Assembly: GCA_963814585.1 (NCBI GenBank)
Contig: CAWFDF010000010.1
Location: forward strand, 32,001-96,000
Reading direction: 5' to 3'
DNA from: an uncultured delta proteobacterium
GTDB taxonomy: Bacteria; Myxococcota; Myxococcia; Myxococcales; Anaeromyxobacteraceae
DNA length: 64,000 nucleotides
How positions within the stretch are numbered: position 1 is the first letter of the stretch; each line of letters opens with the position of its first letter. Positions 22,578 through 32,770 of this stretch are shown here, one piece after another. The position numbers and the translations under genes were made by a program. The notes beneath the pieces were generated by a model. That model ran no database searches. It was not told the origin of the DNA and saw only the letters and a program-made list of their open reading frames with translations.

Positions 22578-23228
22578 CTACTTCTTCTTGGCCGCCTTCT
22601 CCAGCTTGACGGCCACCGCCTCGACGTAGGTGGCCAGCAGGTGGTCGCCGACCTTGAGCTTCTCCAGCTTGATCTTCGGGCCGGCCTTCACCTGGTAGAG
22701 GTTTCCGGCCGGGCCCTGGAGCACCACCATCCGGTTGGGGAGGTCGATGGCGGTGACCGTCACCGTGGCCTGGACGCCGGCCGCGACGCCGCCGCCCGGC
22801 GCCTGGTCCGCGCTGGCGCGACCACCGGCGACGGCGGTCTGCGGCGGGACGACCGCGGAGCCGGCGGGCTGGAACTCGAGGAAGAGCCCCTGCTCGTACT
22901 CGACCTCGATGGTGTCCCCGGCGGCGATCTCGTCGAAGCGCTTCACCTCCGGGCCGACCTTCAGGGTCTCGGTCTCGTTGCCCTTGCCCTGCAGCGTGAT
23001 GGTGCGGGCGGCCTTGTCCACCGACTTGACGGTGGCGCTCGCCTTCTGGATGCGCTTGGCGGAGGCCTGGCCGGGCGTGCCGGTGGCCTTCACCTCGACG
23101 GCCGCCGGAGCGGCAGCCTTGGGAGCCGCGGCGGCGGGAGCGGCCTTGGCAGGAGCCGGCGCCGTCTGGGCGCTGGCGCTCGTGGAGAGCAGGAGTGCGG
23201 CGGACGAGACGGCGATCAGGTATCTCAA
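22578..23228 (-). CDS. Secreted hypothetical protein with two OB-fold-like repeats
   Basis: TTG start after GGAG; signal peptide; ATVKSVDKAARTITL.. and ATVTVTAIDLPNRMVVL.. Confidence 0.7.
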   Translation of the reverse strand: MRYLIAVSSAALLLSTSASAQTAPAPAKAAPAAAAPKAAAPAAVEVKATGTPGQASAKRIQKASATVKSVDKAARTITLQGKGNETETLKVGPEVKRFDEIAAGDTIEVEYEQGLFLEFQPAGSAVVPPQTAVAGGRASADQAPGGGVAAGVQATVTVTAIDLPNRMVVLQGPAGNLYQVKAGPKIKLEKLKVGDHLLATYVEAVAVKLEKAAKKK

Positions 23229-23428
23229 GGTGGTCTCCAGGCCTCGACGGGGAGGCGATCGGGTGGAGCGGTGTTGTACGTCCATCGCCTCCCGCTGCCA
23301 AGCGCCCGTCCCGGCAGGGACCTCGGGGTGCGACAAACCGGCGCGATCACGGACGAGTTCGCCACGATGGGAGCCGCCCGGCTAGGCTGATCCTCTTCCG
23401 TCCGCCCCCTCGCCGAGGACCGCACCAC

Positions 23429-24544
23429 GTGCCCAGCCGCGCCCTGCCCAACCTGGTCCTGGCCACCGCCCTGGCCCTGCTCCTCACGCCCGGATCCACC
23501 CTGGCCGAGCCCGGCCTCTTCATCGACCCGCTCGACGGCGCCTTCGACGCCGATCGCTTCCTCGCCTCCCGCTACGGCTTCGTCCCGGTGATCGTGCCGA
23601 TCACCGAGCCGGCGGTCGGCTACGGAGCGGCCGCCGGGCTGGTGTTCCTCCACGGCACCATGGCCGGAGAGAAGGGCCCGACGGGTCGCCGGATCCCGCC
23701 CAGCATCACGGCGGTGGTGGGCATGGCCACCTCCAACGGGAGCTGGGCGGCTGCCGCCGGCCACCTGGGCCACTGGCGCGACGGGACCATCCGCTACCTG
23801 GGTGGCGCCGGCTTCGCGTCGTTGCGGCTGGCCACCTATCCGGCCGACGCCGGCAAGCTCGAGTTCCAGATCGAGACCGTCCCCGTGGTCCAGGAGCTCA
23901 CCTTCGCGATCCCCGGCAGCGACCTCACCGCCGGGGCCCGGTACGTCCTCGCCGGCACCCGCGTCCACCTGCGCGGCGACGGCACCCAGGCCGGCATCGA
24001 CGCCCGCGAGCAGGACGCCCTGCTCTCCGGCCTGGGTCCCGTGATCCGCTGGGACTCCCGGGACGGCATCTTCTCCCCGGACGTGGGCGTGCGAGCCGAG
24101 GCGTCGGGCTCCTGGTTCGCGCCCTGGCTCGGGAGCGACATGGACTTCTGGCGGGTCCGCGTCCGGCAGGGCGCCCACACCCCGATCGCGCCCTGGCTCA
24201 ACGCCGCGCTCCGGCTGGACCTCCAGCTCTCGGGCGGCGACACGCCATTCTGGGCCCGTCCCTACGTGTCCCTGCGCGGCGTGCCGGCGATGCGCTACCA
24301 GGGCCAGCACGTCTTCGTGGCCGAGACCGAGGAGCGGATCGACTTCACGGCGCGGTGGAGCGCGGTGGTGTTCGGCGGGGTGGGCGTGGCGGCCGCGGCG
24401 CCGCGCCCGGTCACGGCGTGGAACGCGGGCAGCGGCTTCCGCTACCTGCTGGCGCGCCAGTTCGGCGTGCGGGTCGGGCTCGACGTGGCGCGGGGACCCG
24501 AGGACTGGGCCCTCTACGTGATCTTCGGGAACGCCTGGAACTGA
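23429..24544 (+). CDS. BamA/TamA-type (bacterial surface antigen) outer-membrane beta-barrel
   Basis: Signal peptide; PITEPAVGYG, WDSRDGIFSP, LRG..RYQG, GFRYL..GLDVARG, ends GNAW. Confidence 0.8.
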   Translation: MPSRALPNLVLATALALLLTPGSTLAEPGLFIDPLDGAFDADRFLASRYGFVPVIVPITEPAVGYGAAAGLVFLHGTMAGEKGPTGRRIPPSITAVVGMATSNGSWAAAAGHLGHWRDGTIRYLGGAGFASLRLATYPADAGKLEFQIETVPVVQELTFAIPGSDLTAGARYVLAGTRVHLRGDGTQAGIDAREQDALLSGLGPVIRWDSRDGIFSPDVGVRAEASGSWFAPWLGSDMDFWRVRVRQGAHTPIAPWLNAALRLDLQLSGGDTPFWARPYVSLRGVPAMRYQGQHVFVAETEERIDFTARWSAVVFGGVGVAAAAPRPVTAWNAGSGFRYLLARQFGVRVGLDVARGPEDWALYVIFGNAWN

Positions 24545-24596
24545 ACCGCAGGGCGTGACGGCGCCAGCGTGCCGCCGGGCGGCCTGGGCTGGAGCC

Positions 24597-25466
24597 TCAC
24601 CGGCTCCAGAGGGCCATGGAGGCCATGACCACGGCCGCCGCCGGTCCCACGGCCACCGCCAGGAAGGCCGCCCCGACGCGCACGAAGGCCGGGTGCTGCT
24701 GGGCATCGGACCGCACCGCCGAGGCGTCGCCGGAGTCCCCCAGGTTCAGGCGGAGATGGCCCAGCGGCCTGGCGAACAGGTGCATGCTGCCGGCGGCCAG
24801 GATCCAGCACGGGATCGTCAGCCAGGGCGCCTCGGTCAAGGCCTGGACCGAGCCGCCCACCACGACCAGGGGGGCGGCGAAGGCGACGACGACTCCGGCG
24901 AGATACGCCACCTCGAGGGGGGCCAGGGGCCGCGTCGATCGAACCGGGTTCGGGAGCACCACGAACAGCAGCGCGCCGACCAGCATCAGCGCGATGCCGA
25001 GGAGCCGCAGGGGATAGAGGAGCGAATCGGGTGGGCGCGGCTGACCGGTGAAGCCCGCGCCTGGCCGGAAGTCGCTGCCAGACCAGGCGTGGAGCTCCAG
25101 GCGGTAGAGCGGACCTCCGCCGGAGCGGGAGGCCTGGATGTAGGCGGTGCGATGCGGGGCCACGAGATTCCAGAGGGCCTGGCCGACCACCGCGTCATTC
25201 GCCGGGACGAAGAGGTTGAAGCTGGCCTGGTCCGATCCCGAGCGGGTCAGCCTGCCCGAGATCCGGGGAGAGACCCTGCCGCTCGTGATCCCGTCGAGAT
25301 CCGCCAGCAGGGCATCCCAGCCGGGTCCGGAGCCTCGCTGGATCAGCTGCCCCGCCGAGGTGGTCGCAGGCGAGATCGTCACCACGGGATCCAGGAAGGT
25401 CAGGTGGAGGAGCCACAGGCCAGGCAGCAGGCTTCCCAGCAGCAGCGAACGCCGCAAGAGCTCCAT
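24597..25466 (-). CDS. Hypothetical membrane protein
   Basis: Hydrophobic segments at both termini; SD GAGGGGGA; more A/T-rich codons than neighbours. Confidence 0.55.
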   Translation of the reverse strand: MELLRRSLLLGSLLPGLWLLHLTFLDPVVTISPATTSAGQLIQRGSGPGWDALLADLDGITSGRVSPRISGRLTRSGSDQASFNLFVPANDAVVGQALWNLVAPHRTAYIQASRSGGGPLYRLELHAWSGSDFRPGAGFTGQPRPPDSLLYPLRLLGIALMLVGALLFVVLPNPVRSTRPLAPLEVAYLAGVVVAFAAPLVVVGGSVQALTEAPWLTIPCWILAAGSMHLFARPLGHLRLNLGDSGDASAVRSDAQQHPAFVRVGAAFLAVAVGPAAAVVMASMALWSR

Positions 25467-25568
25467 GGTTCCCCCTCGTCATCCGACGGCCGGTTCGCCG
25501 GGTTCTCGAGTCACCGGCGCCTGGTGGTGAACTCCAGAGCCACGCGTCGATGGAGTTCTGGCAGGTTC

Positions 25569-25582
25569 TTGACATAGATCAA
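25569..25582. promoter_or_regulatory. FNR/CRP-family box
   Basis: TTGAC-atag-ATCAA versus FNR consensus TTGAT-N4-ATCAA; intergenic, about 100 bp upstream of the 25466 start. Confidence 0.55.
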
Positions 25583-25659
25583 GTCATGGACCCCGTCTTA
25601 TCGAGGTCCTATGGGCACCCCCCATCGAGCGTCGCTTCGCCGCGGGACACGCCTTCGGC

Positions 25660-26796
25660 TCAGCGCGTCCGGGTGCCTTCCAGCGCGGCCGCGCGCTCCG
25701 CGGGCCCGGGAAGCGCCGGCTCCTGCTGCGACAGGCAGTGGAGCGTGCCGAGCCCCCAGACCAGGTCCACGGCGTGGATGCCGATCACCGGCCGGTCGCG
25801 GAAGAGCTCGCCGAGGATGCCGAGCGCGACGCGGTCCTGCGGGTCGTTGAAGGTCGGCACCAGCACCGCGGCGTTGGCGACGTAGAAGTTGGCGTAGCAG
25901 GCCGGCAGCCGCTGGCCGTCGAGGACCACCGGCGCCGGCATGGGCAGGAACACGACCTCCGGGCGCGAGCCGTCCTGCAGCCGCGCCCCCGCCAGCCGCT
26001 CGCGGTTCTCCTCGAGCGGCCGCGTGGTTGGCGTCGGCGCCGTCGGGCTCCCGGCAGAGGACGACGGTGCGGGCGCCGACGAAGCGGGCACAGGTCGTCG
26101 ACGTGCCCGTGGGTGTCGTCGCCGGCGATGCCGCGCCCCAGCCAGATGACGTGCAGGGCGCGCCGAGCAGCGTCGCGGAAGATCGCCTCGTAGTCGCTCG
26201 CGGCCGAAGCCGGGGTTGCGGACCTGCACCGCCGGGTCGAGCAGGCACTCCTCGGTGGTGAGGAGGGAGCCCGCGCCGTTGACGTCGATGGCGCCGCCCT
26301 CGAGCACGACCTGCTCGCCCGGCGTGGACGATCGGCAGGAGCGGCACGCCCAGCGCCCGGGCGGCGCGGGACGGGGTGCGGGCGTCCTTCCTCCAGTCGT
26401 CGTACTTGGCCCAGGCGTTGAACCGGAACCGGGCGATGGCGCGGGCCGGCTGCGCCCCGCCGCGGGTGAGCCAGATCGGGCCAGCGTCGCGGCATCCAGA
26501 TCCGATCGGTGGGGAAGCGGTGGAAGTCGACCGCCGCCAGCGGCGCGGCGACGCGGGCCAGCAGCGCCCGGACCTTCCGCTCGTGGGCGGCGTCCTCCAC
26601 CAGCAGGCGGACCGTCTCGCCGCGGGCGACGATCCGGACGATCTCGCCGAAGACCCAGGGGATGGGCGGCGAACTTGCCCGGCCAGTCGCGGACGTTGTG
26701 CGGCCAGGCGAGCCAGGTGGCCTCGTGGCGTTCCCACTCCGCGGGCATGGCGAAGCCCCGGGCGGCGGGCGTGGCGGCGGGCGTGCGGTCGGCCAC
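25660..26796 (-). pseudogene. aguA: Agmatine deiminase, about 6 frameshifts (artefact or pseudogene)
   Basis: MPAEWERHEATWLAWPH, RDAGP, LEGGAIDVNG, DDTHGHVDD, GTLHCLSQQEP spread across three frames. Confidence 0.85.
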
Positions 26797-26801
26797 GGCG
26801 G

Positions 26802-27693
26802 TCAGTCGCGGAAGCGGCGGGTGAGGTCGCCGTAGGCGTCGATGCGCCGGTCGCGCAGGAAGGGCCAGTGGCGGCGGGCCTCCTCGATGCGCGCCGAGGT
26901 CGACGCTCGGCGACCAGGATCTCCTCCCCGCCGGTGGCGGCCTCGGCCAGCATCACGCCGTAGCGGGTCGCAGACGAACGAGGTGCCCCAGAACTCGAGG
27001 CCGGCGTCGCCGGGCCGGTCGCGCTCGTGGCCGACGCGGTTGACCGCCGCCACGTAGACGCCGTTGGCGATGGCGTGGCCGCGCTGCACGGTGCTGCCAG
27101 GCGTCGCGCTGGGCGGCGCCGAACTCGGCCTTCTCGGCCGGGTGCCAGCCGATGGCGGTCGGGTAGAAGATCACCGCGGCCCCGGCCAGGGCGGTGAGCC
27201 GCGCCGCCTCCGGGTACCACTGGTCCCAGCAGACGAGCATGCCGATGCGGCCGTGGCGGGTGTCGATGGCCTTGAAGCCCAGGTCACCCGGGGTGAAGTA
27301 GAACTTCTCGTAGTAGGCCGGGTCGTCGGGGATGTGCATCTTGCGGTAGACCCCGGCCACGCTGCCGTCGGCGTCGAGGATGACGGCGGTGTTGTGGTAG
27401 AGGCCGGCCGCGCGCCGCTCGAAGAGGGGGACGACCACCGCCACGCCGTGCTGCCTCGCCACCGGGGCCAGCGCCTGCACCGAGGGGCCGTCCAGCGCCT
27501 CGGCGAGGTCGAAGAGGGCGTGGGTCTCGGTCTGGCAGAAGTAGGGCGTCCGGAACAGCTCCGGCAGGCAGATCACCTGCGCGCCGCGGCCGGCCGCCTC
27601 GGCGATGCGGGCCGCCGCGATCGCCGTGTTCCGGGCCGGATCCGTCGACATCGCCATCTGGACCAGGCCGATCTGGAAGCGGTTCGCGCTCAT
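26802..27693 (-). pseudogene. aguB: N-carbamoylputrescine amidase (nitrilase superfamily), about 4 frameshifts in the 3' third
   Basis: CLPELF, YRKMHIPDDP..YEKFYF, LVCWDQWYPE, then QRGHAIANG and RRHWPFLRDRR in other frames. Confidence 0.85.
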
Positions 27694-27700
27694 CGGGCCC

Positions 27701-29029
27701 TCATACCAGATCGAACCGCTCGGCGTGGAGATCGGACAGCGGCACGCCCAGCCGCGCCAGCGCCGCCTCGGCCAGGTCCATCATCGGTCCCGGGCCGCAG
27801 ACGAAGTAGGCGTGCCGGCCGCCGTGCGGCAGCCAGCGGTCGAGCATGGCCTGGGTGAGGTGGCCCCGTTCGCCGTGCCAGCCGGCGGGTGGCCGCTCCA
27901 GCAGGTGGACCACGCGCAGGTCGAGCCGGGTGGTGAGGGCCTGGAGCTCCTCCCGGAAGAGGGTCCGCGGCAGCTCGCTGCTGCCGAAGAGGAGGAGGTG
28001 GGGGCGCCGGTCGCCGCGGTCGGCCAGCGTCCGGAGCATCGACATGCAGGGGACGACGCCGCTGCCGCCGGCGATGAAGACGTAGCCGTCGGCGTCGGGG
28101 AAGGCGTCGACCGACATCGAGCCGAAGGGGCCGTCGAGCCAGGCCCGCTGGCCAGGCCGGGCCGTGAGCAGGCTGCGCGTGAAGTCGCCGACCGCCTTGA
28201 TGGTCAGCTCCACCCGCGGCGAGGCCAGCGCCGAGGAGGCGATGGAGAAGGGGTGCTCGCGGCCGGCGAAGGGCGAGGCGCCCACGGTGAGCCAGACGAA
28301 CTGGCCGCAGCGGAAGCGGAAGCCGGGGTGGCCCTCGGGCTCGAGCACCAGCGTGACCGCGTCGCCAGGCTCCGGCCGCACCTCCCGGATGATCCAGGGC
28401 CGGCGGCGCAGCAGCAGCGGCTTGAAGAGGCGGACCCAGAGGATGAGCGCCACCCAGCAGAGCGTCCAGGCCAGCCAGAACCAGCGGACCACCGGGCGCG
28501 AGAGCAGCCGCCCCGCCAGCAGGGCGTGCCAGATGCCGAGCAGCACGGCGGCGGCCGCCAGGGGGCCGTGGCTCCAGCGCCAGGCCTCGTAGGGGAGGCG
28601 GAGCCGCTTGCGAAGCCAGGAGGTGACGGCCAGCGCCACCAGCGCCCAGGTGGCCCAGACGCCGGGGGCGATCTCCCACGGCGCCGCGCCCGGGATCAGC
28701 CAGCCGAGCGCCTTGCCGAGCGACGAGCCGAACAGGGCGATGGGGTGGAGCAGCGAGAAGACCAGCACCAGGATGGTGACGTGCCGGTGGAAGGCGTAGA
28801 CCAGGTCGGTGCCGAACGGCGGCGCCACCCACTCGAAGCGGGCGGTGAGGAGGAACTGCATCGCCATCAGCGAGATGGCGAGGAAGCCGAGCGCCGAGCC
28901 GAGCTCCTCGAGGAAGCCGCCGCCGTAGGGTGCCGGGGCGGCCAGCAGCAGCAGCAGCGGCCAGAGCGCCAGCAGGACGTAGAGCCCGATCCAGAGCCCG
29001 GCCCGCGTCAGGTCCCGGAGCGTCGGCAC
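27701..29029 (-). CDS. Ferric reductase-like transmembrane + FAD/NAD-binding oxidoreductase
   Basis: TM region with heme His residues; EHPFSIAS, IAGGSGVVP, VCGPGPMM, ERFDLV. Confidence 0.88.
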   Translation of the reverse strand: MPTLRDLTRAGLWIGLYVLLALWPLLLLLAAPAPYGGGFLEELGSALGFLAISLMAMQFLLTARFEWVAPPFGTDLVYAFHRHVTILVLVFSLLHPIALFGSSLGKALGWLIPGAAPWEIAPGVWATWALVALAVTSWLRKRLRLPYEAWRWSHGPLAAAAVLLGIWHALLAGRLLSRPVVRWFWLAWTLCWVALILWVRLFKPLLLRRRPWIIREVRPEPGDAVTLVLEPEGHPGFRFRCGQFVWLTVGASPFAGREHPFSIASSALASPRVELTIKAVGDFTRSLLTARPGQRAWLDGPFGSMSVDAFPDADGYVFIAGGSGVVPCMSMLRTLADRGDRRPHLLLFGSSELPRTLFREELQALTTRLDLRVVHLLERPPAGWHGERGHLTQAMLDRWLPHGGRHAYFVCGPGPMMDLAEAALARLGVPLSDLHAERFDLV

Positions 29030-29032
29030 GGA

Positions 29033-29125
29033 TCAGCCGGCTCGCGCCAGCGCGAAGAGGAGTGCGGCGAGCAGGAGGGTGGCCCCGGTGACGAGGGCGG
29101 CCTGGAGGGCGAGGCGCTGGCGCAT
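29033..29125 (-). CDS. Putative 30-aa single-TM small protein MRQRLALQAALVTGATLLLAALLFALARAG
   Basis: ATG 9 nt after -10-like TAGACT (29135-29140); stop 3 nt before the ferric reductase start; GC3-rich codons. Confidence 0.5.
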   Translation of the reverse strand: MRQRLALQAALVTGATLLLAALLFALARAG

Positions 29126-29148
29126 CGGCCGCGGAGTCTACGCCACCT

Positions 29149-30558
29149 TCAATGCAGGATGGTGAGCCCAGGCCTCTTCCCCGGCGGCGGCTTCCGGGCG
29201 GCCGGCAGCTTCTGGCGGGCGCGGGCCGGATCGCGGGCCACCACCCGGCCGACCAGGTCGTAGTCGCTGGCGTCGGTGATCTCGAGCTGGACCAGCTCGC
29301 CCGGGTAGGCGACGCCGTCGTTGACGTAGGTGAGGCCGTCGATCTCGGGGGCCTGCTGGGCGTGGCGGCCGGCCAGCAGGTGCTCGGTCTCCTCGGCCCG
29401 CCCCTCCACCAGCACCTCCACGGTGCGGCCGATCATGGCCTGCTGGTGGTCGCGCGAGATGTCGCGCTGCTCCTCCATCACCCGCTCGAAGCGGGCCCGC
29501 TTCACCTCGGCGGAGAGCTGCCCGGGCATCTCGGCGGCCGGCGTCCCCTCCTCGGCCGAGTACTCGAAGACGCCGAGCCGCTCGAAGCGCTGCTCCTCGA
29601 CGAACCGCAGCAGGTCCTCGAAGTCGGCCTCGGTCTCGCCGGGCAGGCCGACGATGAGCGAGGTGCGCAGCGCCAGGCCGGGGATCTCGCCGCGCAGCCG
29701 GGCCAGGAGGTCGCGCAGGAAGGCCGAGTCGCGGCCCCGCTTCATGGAGCGCAGCAGCCGGTCGCTGGAGTGCTGCAGCGGCATGTCGAGGTACTTCACG
29801 ATCTTCGGCTCGCGGGCGATCACCTTCATGAGCTGGAGGGGGAAGTCGCGCGGGTAGGCGTAGTGGAGCCGGAGCCAGCGGACGCCGTCGACGCGGCAGA
29901 GCTCGGGCAGGAGATCGACGAGCCGCACCTTCCCCGGCAGGTCCTGTCCGTAGGCGGTCAGGTCCTGGGCCACCAGCGACAGCTCCACCGTGCCCTGGCT
30001 GGCGAGCTGCTCCGCCTCGGCCACCAGGTCGTCGATGGTGCGCGAGCGCTGGGCGCCGCGCAGCCTGGGGATGATGCAGAAGGCGCAGGCGTTGTCGCAG
30101 CCCTCGGAGATCTTGAGGTAGGCGGTCTGCGCCGCCATGGAGTTGATGCGCGGGCTCCTGGCCGAGTGGACGAAGTCCGGGTCGGGGACCACCAGCCGCG
30201 CCGCCTGGGCGTCGGCCACCACCTCGGCGATCTCCTGGTAGGCGCCGGTGCCGAGGAAGTGATCCACCTCGGGCAGCTCGCGCGCCAGCTCCTCGGCGTG
30301 GCGCTGCACCAGGCAGCCGGTCACCACCAGCTTCTTGCAGCGGCCGGTCCGCTTCTGCTCGGCCAGCTCGCAGATGGCCTCGATCGACTCCACCTTGGCG
30401 CTCTCGATGAAGCCGCAGGTGTTGACGACGATGATCTCGGCCCTGGCCGGATCCGGCTCGAGCCGGTATCCGGCCTCGGTGAGGGTGCCGAGCATGACCT
30501 CGGAGTCGACCCGGTTCTTCGGGCAGCCGAGGGTGTGGAGGTAGACGCGGGTGGACAT
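29149..30558 (-). CDS. rimO: Ribosomal protein S12 methylthiotransferase
   Basis: [41 protein letters not shown] (TRAM). Confidence 0.95.
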   Translation of the reverse strand: MSTRVYLHTLGCPKNRVDSEVMLGTLTEAGYRLEPDPARAEIIVVNTCGFIESAKVESIEAICELAEQKRTGRCKKLVVTGCLVQRHAEELARELPEVDHFLGTGAYQEIAEVVADAQAARLVVPDPDFVHSARSPRINSMAAQTAYLKISEGCDNACAFCIIPRLRGAQRSRTIDDLVAEAEQLASQGTVELSLVAQDLTAYGQDLPGKVRLVDLLPELCRVDGVRWLRLHYAYPRDFPLQLMKVIAREPKIVKYLDMPLQHSSDRLLRSMKRGRDSAFLRDLLARLRGEIPGLALRTSLIVGLPGETEADFEDLLRFVEEQRFERLGVFEYSAEEGTPAAEMPGQLSAEVKRARFERVMEEQRDISRDHQQAMIGRTVEVLVEGRAEETEHLLAGRHAQQAPEIDGLTYVNDGVAYPGELVQLEITDASDYDLVGRVVARDPARARQKLPAARKPPPGKRPGLTILH

Positions 30559-30617
30559 CGCGGCGGGATCTAGCAGGGGGAGGGGCTCCGGGCAAACCGG
30601 ACGGCCCCTCGGGAGCG

Positions 30618-31193
30618 CTACCTCAGCAGCCCGTCGAGCGTCCTCATGTGGTCGGAGACGAAGCCGGCCACGGCGTGGCGCAGCACCGGCGAGGCCTCGA
30701 CCTGCTCCAGCACCGCCACCAGCGTCCTGGCCGACTGCTCGCGCACCTCCGCCTCGGGGTGATGGGCGCGGTCGAAGGCGAGGTGGAGCGCCTGCGTCAC
30801 CGCGTTTCGAGGAGCCTGGCCGCGCTGCTGGTGGGCGAAGCAGGCCAGCGAGGCGACCTCGAGCCGCGTCGACGCGTCGAGGTCGGCACAGAAGCCGGCC
30901 AGGCTCTCCGCCCGGTCGATCAGGTAGCCCTCGCGGACCAGCCGACGGAAGGCCAGCTCCGACAGGTCGTCGCCGCCGCGGGCGGCGTGAAGCCGCTGGA
31001 CGGCGGCCTCGAAGGCGCTCTCCACCGTGAGCGGCGGCGCGGTGAGCGGCCGGTCGGTGGGGCGGCGCAGCAGCGCCTTGGATGCCAGCCAGGCCAGGCG
31101 CCGCTCGTCCTGGGTGAGCCCGGCCACCAGCGCCCCGGCCCAGCGGCTCAGGCGATCCTCGATGTGCCTCCACTTCGCTTCGTTGGCCGACAT
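30618..31193 (-). CDS. Hypothetical helical protein, divergent from LysR
   Basis: 191-aa ORF with SD GGAGGG; no recognised motif. Confidence 0.6.
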   Translation of the reverse strand: MSANEAKWRHIEDRLSRWAGALVAGLTQDERRLAWLASKALLRRPTDRPLTAPPLTVESAFEAAVQRLHAARGGDDLSELAFRRLVREGYLIDRAESLAGFCADLDASTRLEVASLACFAHQQRGQAPRNAVTQALHLAFDRAHHPEAEVREQSARTLVAVLEQVEASPVLRHAVAGFVSDHMRTLDGLLR

Positions 31194-31277
31194 GGTCCCT
31201 CCCCCGGCCGGAGCGCCGGTCCACGCTCAAGGTAGAGGCAGGACTTGGCGACATAAATAGCGATGAAGTAGACTCAT

Positions 31278-31295
31278 TGTTCCATGGGTGGAACA
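31278..31295. promoter_or_regulatory. LysR-type T-N11-A operator
   Basis: Perfect palindrome TGTTCCA-tggg-TGGAACA overlapping the LysR start, in an AT-rich divergent spacer. Confidence 0.6.
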
Positions 31296-32213
31296 GTTGC
31301 GGACCTCAACGAGCTCGCGGTCTTCGGGGCCGTCGCGCGGCGACGCAGCTTCACCGGCGGGGCCCGGGCGCTGCGCCTCCCCAAGGCCACGGTGAGCCGG
31401 AAGGTCCGGGCGCTGGAGGCGCGCCTGGGCGTCCGGCTGCTGCAGCGGACCACCCGGACGGTCAGCCTGACCGAGGCCGGCGAGGCGCTGCTGGCCCGCT
31501 GGCGGCTCATCGAGGAGCAGCTCGACGACGCCGACGCGGCGGTGGGGCGGCTGCGAGGGACCCCGCGCGGCCTGCTCCGGGTGGCGGCCCCGCCCACCCT
31601 GATGGCCGAGTGGGTGGCCCCGCTGGCCGCACAGTTCCTGGCCCGCCACCCCGACGTCCGGATCGAGCTGCTGTCGCGCAGCGAGCCGGTCGAGCTGCTG
31701 GGCCGCGGCGCTGACCTCGTCGTGACCCACGGGGCGCAGCACGACTCCTCGCAGCTGACCCGGCTGCTGGGCTCCATCCCCACGGGCCTGTTCGCCGCCC
31801 CGGTCTACCTCGCCCGGCGCGGTGTACCCGCCACTCCCGAGGCGCTCGCCGACCACGCCGCCATCTTCCTGGCACCGAGCCCGCTCACGCCGCGGGAGTG
31901 GCGGCTGCGGCGCGGGCGGCGGGAGGTGGCGGTGCCGCTCTCGCCACGGCTCACCGCCAACGACCTCCGCCCCCTGATCGCCGGGGTCCAGGCCGGAGCG
32001 GGCGTGCTGGTGGCTCCCCGGCTGGTCCTGGCCGCGGCCATGGCGGCGGGTGGGGTGGTGCGGGTGCTGCCGGACTGGTCGCCGCCGCCCCTGGAGGTGC
32101 GGGTGGTCTTCCCGAGCCGCAGCGGCCTGCCGCCCCGGGTCCGGCTCTTCATCGACCTGCTGGCCGAGCGGGGGGCGGCCCTGGAGGCCACGGCGGCCGC
32201 GTCGGCCCCTTAG
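31284..32213 (+). CDS. LysR-family transcriptional regulator
   Basis: [36 protein letters not shown]. Confidence 0.93.
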   Translation: MGGTVADLNELAVFGAVARRRSFTGGARALRLPKATVSRKVRALEARLGVRLLQRTTRTVSLTEAGEALLARWRLIEEQLDDADAAVGRLRGTPRGLLRVAAPPTLMAEWVAPLAAQFLARHPDVRIELLSRSEPVELLGRGADLVVTHGAQHDSSQLTRLLGSIPTGLFAAPVYLARRGVPATPEALADHAAIFLAPSPLTPREWRLRRGRREVAVPLSPRLTANDLRPLIAGVQAGAGVLVAPRLVLAAAMAAGGVVRVLPDWSPPPLEVRVVFPSRSGLPPRVRLFIDLLAERGAALEATAAASAP

Positions 32214-32261
32214 CCAGCGGCCAGGTCGGGGGCGGAGCTGGCCCAGGAGCCCGTGCCGGGG

Positions 32262-32750
32262 TCAGTCCCGGAAGTTCTGGAAGAGGAGGGGGATCCCCAG
32301 CGCCGCGGTCCGGATGGCCTGCATGCAGCCCTGCAGGTCGTCGCGCTTCTTTCCGGTGACGCGCACCGCGTCGCCCTGGATGGCCGCCTGCACCTTGAGG
32401 CCGGTCCCCTTCAGCAGGGCGACGATCCTCTTGGCGTCCTCGCTCTTCAGGCCGCGCTTCAGCTTGATCACCTGCCGGACGTGGCCGCCCGCGGCCGGCT
32501 CCACCGCCTGCACGTCGAGCCCTTCTTGCGGCACGCCACGCTTGGCCAGCTTCTCGCGCAGGACCAGGACCGCCGCCTCGGCCCGCCCCTCCGAGTTGGC
32601 CCGCACCACGAAGTCCAGCGCCTTGTCCCGCTCGATGGCGGTCGAGGTCCCCTTGAAGTCGAACCGCTGCGCCAGCTCCTTGCAGGCCTGGTTCCAGGCG
32701 TTCTCGACCTCCATCATGTCCAGCTCGCTCACCACGTCGAAGCTCGGCAT
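32262..32750 (-). CDS. yajQ: YajQ family nucleotide-binding protein
   Basis: MPSFDVVSE..RFDFKG..KVQAAIQGDAVRVTGKKRDDLQ..NFRD. Confidence 0.95.
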   Translation of the reverse strand: MPSFDVVSELDMMEVENAWNQACKELAQRFDFKGTSTAIERDKALDFVVRANSEGRAEAAVLVLREKLAKRGVPQEGLDVQAVEPAAGGHVRQVIKLKRGLKSEDAKRIVALLKGTGLKVQAAIQGDAVRVTGKKRDDLQGCMQAIRTAALGIPLLFQNFRD

Positions 32751-32770
32751 CGGGACCTCCAGGCAGGCTT

